Part shown: piece by piece, positions 1-8,226 of the stretch
Layout of the letters: each line of letters begins with the position of its first letter
How positions within the stretch are numbered: position 1 is the first letter of the stretch
NCBI GenBank assembly: GCA_043228905.1
Contig: JBHGNT010000933.1
Coordinates: 1-13,729, forward strand
Direction of reading: 5' to 3'
DNA length: 13,729 bases
Source of the DNA: Azolla caroliniana
Lineage: Eukaryota; Plantae; Polypodiophyta
The notes under the pieces: model-generated
Told to the model about the DNA's origin: nothing
Seen by the model: the letters and a program-made list of their open reading frames with translations, nothing else
The model's database searches: none
Translations under genes and position numbers: made by a program

Positions 1-58
1 GCATCGGTTTTTCCAGGTACGAGAACCACTCCTTGTGGCACGTCATGTGGTTTGACGT
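1..58 (-). pseudogene. Ty1/copia aspartic protease fragment (continuation after the solo-LTR insertion; runs off the window)
   Basis: Minus strand reads TSNHMTCHKEWFSYLEKP, the usual continuation of the copia WYxDSGASNHMT motif; the first half (VWYVDSDA) lies at about 832-855. Confidence 0.85.
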
Positions 59-830
59 TGTCGTGCCTTTTGGCGCCAGATCGTTGCGTGAGTCGGGCGG
101 GAACCGTCAGGGTTTTTGACTAGGAGGAGGAAGAATTTGAGACGAGTTTAGTTAAGAATATGAATCGATTATAAGAAAGAGATATAAAAAACTTGTAAAT
201 CCCACAAGTATAATGAATTTTATTAATCAATATATAGATAAGAATATGAGTTTAGATTGAAAGAGATAGATATAGAAATCTCGTGAATCCCACGAGTATA
301 GTTTATTTTGTGAATCCCACGAATATATTTTATTAATTGGTGTCTTTTAGAAATATATCCAATTTCCAAATATTCTATGCTCCCCATCCTATTACATTGT
401 GCTCCCCATCCTTATATAGTGATGAGAGAGTCTTAATAATCTATGCTTTTTCTCTAACAATGACCTCCACGCTTTTTCTATCAATAGACTATATGCTTTC
501 TCTAACATGCTTTTTCTAACGTCATGCGTTTTTTATCGACTATAGTGTTCATGCATGCTAGATGTGCATGTGTAGCTTTTTCTTTTATCATGCGTTTTCC
601 TAAAGTTTATCCTAGCGTGAACTTACCTTTCTATATGGGACATCTACTTTTTGTCACTAATGATATGTTAGTGTAATGGTAAGGCTTCACATTATTAACA
701 TGGAGGTGTTAGGTTCAAATGTTGCCCTATGCATGTAATTTATATTTTAATATTTTCTTCTATTTCTTCATATTTATTGAATCTAGTACTATATACGTTT
801 TTCACGTAGTGTACGAAATATACTACGACA
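59..830 (-). mobile_element. Solo LTR (772 bp) inserted into the copia protease active-site motif
   Basis: Termini TGTCGT (59-64) and ACGACA (825-830) are perfect 6-bp inverted ends. Flanks ACGT (55-58) and ACGC (831-834) form a 4-bp TSD with one mismatch. Removing the insert rejoins WYVDSDA-SNHMT. AT-rich, with short internal repeats (AATCCCAC x3, TGCTCCCCATCCT x2). Strand is inferred from a minus-strand CTATATAAG at about 411-419. Confidence 0.8.
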
Positions 831-1805
831 ACGCGTCGGAGTCGACGTACCATACCTTGTCCGATTTCGGGGTGGACTTCTTCATTGAGTTTGCTTCGTG
901 TCTCGTCACGAAGGCTGACCCTCTTCCGGCTTTTCCGGATCCTTCGGTGTAGTGCGATCGTTGCCAATTTCCTTTGTTAGTCTGTCCGGAACCGGATCTG
1001 GACCCGATTCTCTCCGAATCGGCGCGCTTTTTCCAGCACTCACTCTCCCTATGGCCTTTCTTGCCACAGTACCAGCATTCCGTGGCAGATTTCTCTTGCC
1101 GGTTCTCATCGCCTCGACTCCCCCTGTTTCCGAAGGGTCTAGAGTTGTTGTCGGCATCAGGCTGCCTCCATTGTGCACCGACTCGCCTCGTCCGACACGT
1201 CCACGGGGCCTATCTCCCTCTGTGTACAGCATCTTGTTGTTGGTGTGCGTGCTCATTGACGCACCCGTGTGGTTCTCCTCTATAAGGAGCATCGATTGTA
1301 GGTCGAAAAATGACGGTATATTCTCCCGTGTACACACAGCAGTTCGGAACGCTCCGAACATCGACACCAAACCTCCAAGACAGATTTGCACCATATCAGC
1401 TTCTTCGATATTCACATCGATGGAGGCCAGAGAGTCGCAAATGTCCTTGATTTTGGAGGTGTAGTCTGCCACCGACAAGTCGCGTTGTCGTAGGTTGCTC
1501 AGCTCCTATCGGAGTTGAAGCTTCTTGGTTGTAGTGCTTGCGACGAAAATCTTCTTCAGATTTCCCCAAGCATCTTTCGACGTTTTTGCATCCCGAATGT
1601 AGCTTAGGAGTTGTTCGCCCACACAAGACGCGAAGCAATACAGTACTCTGCTCGCCGATTGTTCCCACGCCGGGAAATCTTTGTGTATCGATTCGGGTGA
1701 TGTGTCATTTGCTCCATCAACATAGCTCCAGTAACCGTGCCCGAGCAGGTACTTGTGCATCTTGTAGGACCAAGACGCGTAGTTGTTTCTAACGAGCTTC
1801 TCCGT
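831..1805 (-). pseudogene. gag: Ty1/copia gag and start of protease, disrupted
   Basis: EKLVRNNYASWSYKMHKYLLGHGYWSYV (gag N-terminus); KKLQLR*ELSNLRQRDLSVADY (UBN2-like, TAG at 1506-1508); CCHC knuckle CWYCGKKGHRESEC at 1036-1077 in a shifted frame; VWYVDSDA protease motif with D in place of the usual G. Confidence 0.9.
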
Positions 1806-2550
1806 TGTCGTGAAGATTTTCGGCAATAGTGTGAAAATCCCATAAAACGTACGAAATCGAGTATGAATCACATAGTACAATAATTGTGAAGATAACTGTG
1901 AAACTATTTTTAGAATTCAAGCTATTGGACACTAAAAGAATATAAGGTATGGAGGATTCACATTTGGAGGACAAGGACATGAACCAACATCTCGTGGATA
2001 AGTCCAAATAAAAGCAATAAAGATGGAGAAAAGTAAAAAGAGAAAAAGCAAACCACCAAAACGCAGTCAGAAACAAATGCTCATAACTCTCTCGTTTGAC
2101 TCCCAAATATCACGTGTAAATATGGGTTAGAAAGCTTATGACGAGAGCTATCCGTAGCTTTTTAAAACTCTAAATTTGGAGCATGGATGAGGGAGATATG
2201 ACGATTAGAAGATCGTCGTGTCATAGCTAAGAATAGGAGATGGAACAGCTCTAAAAAAAGCGTGGAAAAGAAAGCAAGCGAAACTTATCTACTAGAGGAG
2301 AACTTCATATAAAGCAAGAAGAGTGAGGTGGTGAGGGGACCTTGTTTTCTTGTGGTGTTTTTCTTACCTATTCATGTAGTGCGTTTTTCTAGTGATCAAT
2401 TGATCCTTGTAGGCTTGAGTTTATGTATCTTCTTTCTCTTGTTTCTATGATCATCACTCCTTATTAATATATCTTTGTAGATTTGGGTTTCTAGATCTTC
2501 CTTCTCTCTCTTTTCTATCATCATCTCTCTTTTCAATAACATTTTAAATA
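1806..2550 (+). mobile_element. Probable second LTR (right boundary not found; end coordinate approximate)
   Basis: Gag homology stops exactly at TGTCGTG (1806), the same 7 bases that start the solo LTR at 59. A CATATAAAG TATA-like motif at about 2306-2314 is followed by a pyrimidine-rich tract. No matching end or TSD found. Confidence 0.5.
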
Positions 2551-3051
2551 AATTTAATATCTAAGTACAAAATGATGGAGGTTTCGAATGCACTTTATTA
2601 CACGAGAAACGGACAACTAAATATCAAGATATGAGGGTATAAAGTTTGTGAAAGGAAAAGAGAAAATTGTGAAACACGTTCGCGTTCACAAGTGGAAGGA
2701 TTGCGCATTCCACTTGTAGAATCTTCTTAAAATGAAGCAAATACACCCTCTCTACAAAAATTGGATGCACTAGTATCACATGTTCCTCAACTTGATGAGA
2801 ATTTGCAAATATAAAAATACATGATAGATCTACGAGTGGAGATCATTAGAAATCATGCAAGTTTAGACATGTTGATAAGTTAATGTAGGCATAATAAAGT
2901 TCAACTATGGCTCAATATGTCACTATTGTGCGACAAGGGAAACACTAACTTAAAGACTTATATTAATTAGGTAAGTTTTACAAAAATATCAGGTGTACTT
3001 GTATCCATACTAATAAAATGAGATATAATTTATACTTTGACCCATACGTGC

Positions 3052-3325
3052 ATGTATGTAATTGTGGAAAATGTAGGATAGTGCACATTAGGATAAGTGA
3101 TTGGAATAACTAACCTATTAAAGTATTCAATACTTGTATTTAAAGTTGATCTAATCTATTCCTCAGTTTGTTCATATGGGATCAAACCATATGTTTATAA
3201 TTGTGGACAATGTAAGGCAGTGAACTTTAGGATAATGTCGTGGAAATAACAAACCTATTAGGCTTTCATACCTGTATTTAAAATTGATCTACTCTATTGC
3301 TTAGGTGATTCACACAAGATCAAAC
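3052..3325. repeat. Two diverged tandem copies of an approximately 135-139-bp unit
   Basis: 3052-3187 and 3191-3325 share colinear blocks TAATTGTGGA, TTAGGATAA, AACCTATTA, TGTATTTAAA.TTGATCTA and GATCAAAC. Confidence 0.85.
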
Positions 3326-3718
3326 TCTGAACGATAACGCAACTGGAACCATTATCAACACACTACACAATCTAAGCAGCAATGGAATAGAAACATAATA
3401 GTTTTAACAATAGAAGACAAAGATCCATAATAACAACATGGACAGTCATGGCAACAATTATAGGGCCATGTTCTGTTAAGGTTAGCTTGGACCAAAATCA
3501 GCCTCCATTTAAACTAGTTCATGTTTCTCCATAAGTTTGGTAGTCAGCTATGCACGCGGTGAAACCAATGTCATAAATCTACTAATCAAGTATATAAAAA
3601 TAAAATTGGAACATATAGAAGATTATAAAGAATAGAATCCACTAGGTAAAACCCAAAATTTGTATTAATAATGTGAAATTTTAACAAATCGTCAGTGTCA
3701 TATTCTTCATAGAGTCCA

Positions 3719-6483
3719 TTATATAGCAATCAATTCATCAACGTCATTTTCTTCATCATTTTGTGTAGAACTGTCTTCGGCTATACGTGCATTGGTTTCC
3801 CCTGTTAGCCGAGCCAACGAAATATCTTCTATAAGCTCATCATCAAGCTCTATTAGCTCCCCCGGTTCGCCGGCTAACGGAGGAATAGGCTCTCGCGAAG
3901 CAGGTTGAAACCTTTCTGTATTGGCGAGGTTCTTTGCACCGACCTCCTCATCCTGGTCTGGGCACTCCCACAAAGCCTTAATCCGCATATTAATAAATAT
4001 AACTTGGTCCTCGTCCTTCTCCAATGCAAGTGTATTTCTAAAAAGCTTCAATGCACATGCAAACGTAGTTCCTGTGATGTAAGTAACAAGAAGATTTATT
4101 TGTCAAACGAAAAAAAAGGGATTGGTTATCTCAAGATCATTACCCTAGTTCGAGGAATACCTGTGCCAGAAAAGAGATCTAATATCCAGTCTCCTTCGAC
4201 AGAAAACATCTCGATCAAGCGCATCATAAGTCGTTGAGGTTTTTGGTATGGGTTGACAAGTCCTCGTTCTGTCGTGGTGACATGTCCCAATTTCCGTGTC
4301 ACTGCTGGATATACCAACAGATTTGAACCTCCCACTTCATTAGAATGCTCTTTGATTCTTTGTTTCTTAATTTCATCGAAGTAGCCAACCGTTATGTATT
4401 CAATGGCATTAACGAACCGAAAAGTTGGCCCTCTATTTACATTGGTCTTGATCCTATAAAAAATAATACATCGAGTTAAGAATAGATTCAACAACCTTAA
4501 GAAATGCAATATAGTGAAAGACACCTATAAATAATCCTTACCATGCAAGGTTCTCGATGCCATGGCAACGAGATCTCAAAGCTTGAGCTACCGAGTACCC
4601 TTGGTCCATACTATGAAAGACAACTATTGGCGAGGTTCTGTATTGGCGAGGTTCCTCTGATAACACCTTATACGAAGACGTTAGAGGATAATCCTCGGTC
4701 ACTTGTTCCCAAGTTATACATCCAAGTTGTTTCATCATAACTTCTTGGATCTTCATGTACACCTTATGACTGTAAAATTAGAAATCAAGATTAGAACTTT
4801 GAATTACACCAGATAGACTACAATTTCAGTATTTGAAAGACTTACTTATTGAACTCAGTAACCATTTCTTCAAGGCTTAAATCTTTCGCCACAACCCTTG
4901 ACAAAACCGACACAAGAAGCTGCTCGTCCTTAATACCTTGCATCGCTCTCCATAGAGACAGCTTCATGTCGTCTGCCGCTTCTTCAATTGTCAAGTCAAT
5001 TTTCTTGGCGGCTTGTGACTTTAACTCTAGTTGAGGGTCAACCCTACATTTCTTTTGTCGTTGACCCTTTACCTCCTTATTCTCCCACATTGAGAAGATT
5101 TGATCTTGTAGGTCCCATACTTCTCCATCTCTAAACGCCAATTGAAACCAAGACTCATACTTTCGAAGACCATCGGACCTAACATTATCATCTACCACAA
5201 TGCCGACTTCATGTAGACATTGACGTCGAAGGCCTGGATGTAACTTCACACCAAACTTTTGTTTCACGTCTAAATACTCGTGGTGGAAGAACCGTATACG
5301 CTCAATGGACGACATTTTCTGCCTATAGTCATTATCATTATTATGGTCCCATGCCAACAGCTTAGCCTCTTCGGTTGTGAGCCCAACATAAATTTTGCAC
5401 TCGGCATACTTGAAGAAGAAAGTTGTTGGATGTTCTCTCACAAGTTGCCGACGTGCCTCTGCTGAATGCGATCCACCAATGACAAAATAATTATATTGAT
5501 CATGCTTTCTAATATCAAAATCTTCAATGGTTTCACATTCTTCAAGATCTACCATAACAATAAAAGGCACCACAATGGCATGAGGATTAATTTTCATTTT
5601 TTTCTTGAGATTTTGAACATGCATGCGGTGTGGCTCTCTAATCTCAAGTGGTCGTCGACCTGTTTTTTCATCAATAGGGGACCGATGGATGTGTGTTATA
5701 GGCAAATTAAACACTTGCCCTTTCTTGACCAGTTTCCGTTGCATTAACTCTCTCCTTATCTTATTATGCTCGGATGACAAAACACCCGAGGCCAGCTTAG
5801 CTCCTGGCGTCCCCTTATTATCCTCCTCTTCGTTTTCACTTGTTGAATCCGTATCCGACATTTTGGTTGTCTTCTTCTTTGGTGGTCTTGACTGGACTTT
5901 GGATACCCTTTTTGTGGCCTTCAATGGGGAGGGCACTTCATCTCTTAGAGTTACATGGCCTTGTATATAAGGCCTCAAGGTAACAATAAGGTTTTGTGAG
6001 CTTTCAAGATCTTTTTTGAAAGCTTCTGGCCCACAAGATTCCTTTATTAAAAGGTCTTCTGAAAGGAACACTTTACGTACCCCCTTGGAGCACTCTATCA
6101 TTACCAGTATGTTGGCCGAATCTGCAACTTCGTAGTCAAATCGTAGAATACGGCCATACATAAATGGGGTTTCCTTTCCAAGCTGCCCCTCACCCTTCTT
6201 CTTTGTTGTATACAATACGACTTTTTTCTTTGAGTCGACATATTGCATACACCATTCCTTGTCCGTCAGATCTCGGTCAGGAAGGTCTTCACCTCCAGTA
6301 GCGGCGACAAGTTTCTTTTGGCTAACATCACTATGTGGCTGAGATTTTGTCTCTTCGTTAAAGAGAAGCTTTTTTCCTCTCTTCATGGTCTCAGGAGCTA
6401 CCTTGGTCTGGGCTTCGATTGGAGAACCTTGTATGCGAAGCTTTATTTTCTTCACGGGTCGGTCCGACAGGTTCTCAAACGAC
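3719..6483 (-). CDS. Spliced gene: ParB/Srx-like domain fused to an N6-adenine/N4-cytosine DNA methyltransferase domain (exons 6483-4846, 4769-4542, 4453-4161, 4071-3719)
   Basis: Three GT-AG introns (4845-4770, 4541-4454, 4160-4072; 76, 88 and 89 nt) join four listed ORFs in frame with no stops. ParB-like: LEIREP...YFVIGGSHSAEARRQL...LTTEEAKLLAWDHNNDNDYRQKMSSIERI. MTase: ENLAWIKTN...AIEYITV...NPYQKPQRLMMRLIEMFSVEGDWILDLFSGTGTTFACALKLFRNTLALEKD. The AWIK and FSGTGTT motifs are each completed only after splicing. Acidic C-terminal tail. No DPPY/SPPY seen. Confidence 0.85.
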
Positions 6484-6693
6484 CTATTTAAGAAAGTATA
6501 CGCAAAAACATAAGTTAGGTGGTCACGTAGATTAAGGTTGTATATTAACATGAAGAACAGTTTTCACTAGCAGTCCTATATTCAAAAATCTATTATAGGC
6601 AGGGCTATTCAACCTAGAAAATATATATCGTAATAAGTAAATAGGGTTATATATTCTTTTAAATAGTATGTATGACTTATATAGATTCCAAAC

Positions 6694-7392
6694 CTATATT
6701 GAGGAGAATTTGCTATCGTAAAGGCAATTTGTGGATCATTTTCTACTATTTTAAGCTAAAGTAGGTCATAAAACACCTATAATTAGAGCATGTTTTTTTT
6801 TAAAAGTAAGGAAAGTCAACATAAAAAAGACTGATTTTGCCAGACAATTTGATATCTTTTCCACACCATAATTATTTGTTACCCCAAAAACACAACTTTT
6901 CTCTCTCAGAGCCTTCTTTTATACAGGAACTCGATACAGCGTATCGAGTTCCTGTTTAAATCCTACACTTTAAACGAGAACTCGATACGCCGTATCGAGT
7001 TCCTCTGCTTTCTTTGCTTTTTAAACACGAACTCGATACCCCGTATCGAGTTCGTGTTTAAAGTTTAGGTTTTAAACGGGATCTCGATACGGCGTATCGA
7101 GTTCCTGTTTAATGTTTAGGTTTTAAACAGGAACTCGATACGGCGTATCGAGTTCCTATTTAAAGTGTAGGTTTTAAACAGGAACTCGATACACTGTATC
7201 GAGTTCCCTTTTAAAAAGCAAAAACAAATTATGAACTCGATACGCCGTATTGAGTTCATGTATAAAGTTTGTATTGTATACATGAACTCGATACGGCGTA
7301 TCGAGTTCTTGAGCGACGAAACATATTTACAAAAATGTCCACAGTGTCAGAGGCCTACCTGGAGTCCTCGCGCTCGATTCTTTTGAAGACAT
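6694..7392 (-). CDS. Tentative 5' exons of the ParB-MTase gene (7392-7359 and 6745-6694)
   Basis: ATG at 7392 reads MSSKESSARTP, followed by a CAG|GTAGG donor. A 52-nt exon (VENDPQIAFTIANSPQYR) restores the frame into the exon starting at 6483. Total 2598 nt, 865 aa. The acceptor of the 52-nt exon is weak. Confidence 0.4.
6927..7308. repeat. Array of eight 25-bp palindromes GAACTCGATAC-NNN-GTATCGAGTTC with 26-bp spacers (exact 51-bp period)
   Basis: Cores start at 6927, 6978, 7029, 7080, 7131, 7182, 7233 and 7284. Loops are AGC, GCC, CCC, GGC, GGC, ACT, GCC, GGC. Only two substitutions in the 16 arms (units 4 and 7). Confidence 0.97.
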
Positions 7393-7440
7393 GGTTGATC
7401 GTGTGGAAGTGGAGGCAGAGATCGCGCTTTGGTGCTTTGT

Positions 7441-7508
7441 GCTCTGTGTGCTTTGTGTGCTTTGTGTGCTCTCTACGTTCTGTGTGCTCTGTACGCTCTG
7501 TACGCTCT
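7441..7508. repeat. 9-bp minisatellite (GCTYTGTRY, about 7.5 copies), probably in the 5' UTR of the minus-strand gene
   Basis: gctctgtgt gctttgtgt gctttgtgt gctctctac gttctgtgt gctctgtac gctctgtac gctct; lies between the TATA box and ATG 7392. Confidence 0.85.
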
Positions 7509-7533
7509 TGTGAGTGAAATATGACGAGGTCTT

Positions 7534-7545
7534 CCTATTTATAGG
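7534..7545 (-). promoter_or_regulatory. TATA box for the ParB-MTase gene
   Basis: Minus strand CCTATAAATAGG matches the plant TATA consensus, about 145 bp upstream of ATG 7392. Confidence 0.6.
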
Positions 7546-7766
7546 GATTGACCACATTGGTTAAAGTAACCATAGTCACCTTAACCAAGGTTGGTAACTT
7601 TGAGGATAGTTAGTCGGTAACCATAGTCACATTAACTAGAGTAAATTATGATTGTATTAATGATTACAAAGTCAAACTAACATATTGATCAATCTTTTAT
7701 AGTCATAACAACCTGCAATGACTTCAAAGGTTATGAAGGAGACAATGATAGAGGTTCATGAATGTA

Positions 7767-7940
7767 CCAATGATTGATTACTAAAAGCAACAATTTTTAT
7801 GACTCTTAAATGCTATGTATTAAAGATGTTGGCATGAATTAACCAATGATTGATAAGTCTAATATTTAAAATGGTGAGCATTAAAGAACCAATGAGTGAG
7901 ACGTTCTATATCAAAATGGGTGCCATTAATTAGCCAATGA
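7767..7940 (+). promoter_or_regulatory. Cluster of four CCAATGA motifs in the divergent promoter region
   Basis: CCAATGA at 7767, 7843, 7889 and 7934; the last three are 45-46 bp apart in loosely similar units. Confidence 0.45.
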
Positions 7941-8226
7941 TTTTAACATTAATCCAACATATTCATGGCTTGTTAATGATTAGTTTTATATTTTACTTGA
8001 TTTAACTTCATATAGATCTAGTTTATATAATAATTGATATTTTAAGTACAATTACTTTATTAAAAATAATTTTTTGATGTATTGTATTAATAGAATATTA
8101 CATAATATAGACATTCTATTGATTTGGCTTTTGTTTAGAGAGAAGTTTATGTTTAGAGAGGAGCTTATTAGTTTTTTTCCTTACCCTAAGCACATAACTT
8201 AGAGAGCCCTATCTAGACCTTAAGCC

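Noticed and set aside
663-733. Functional tRNA gene
   Set aside because: No convincing acceptor stem or 7-nt anticodon loop; retained only as a tRNA-like relic.
337-2106. Short ORFs in the solo LTR, antisense to gag and in the 1806 LTR
   Set aside because: No motifs; explained as LTR noise or antisense shadows.
2688-2717. Hairpin ACAAGTGGAA/TTCCACTTGT as a Helitron end or TIR
   Set aside because: No properly spaced CTRR terminus and no partner elsewhere in the window.
2929-2935. TGCGACA as the right end of the LTR starting at 1806
   Set aside because: Only a 5-bp inverted match, and not followed by the expected TSD, a PBS or a reverse PPT.
4680-4700. TEDYPL as MTase motif IV
   Set aside because: Poor match to (D/S/N)PP(Y/F), no preceding hydrophobic beta-strand, and the adjacent filler junction better explains the missing motif.
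6484-6551. ATG at 6551 as the start of the 569-aa ORF
   Set aside because: The first about 22 codons look intronic (T-rich on minus, ending in a TAG acceptor at 6486-6484); an upstream exon is more likely, though this start cannot be excluded.
6927-7308. CRISPR array
   Set aside because: The geometry is CRISPR-like, but spacers are related to each other and partly palindromic, there are no cas genes, and the context is eukaryotic with spliceosomal introns.
7269-7557. ORFs 7269-7517 (+) and 7327-7557 (-) as standalone genes
   Set aside because: Kept open by the 9-bp minisatellite; the minus ORF starts upstream of the TATA box, and only its MSSKESSARTP part is a plausible exon.
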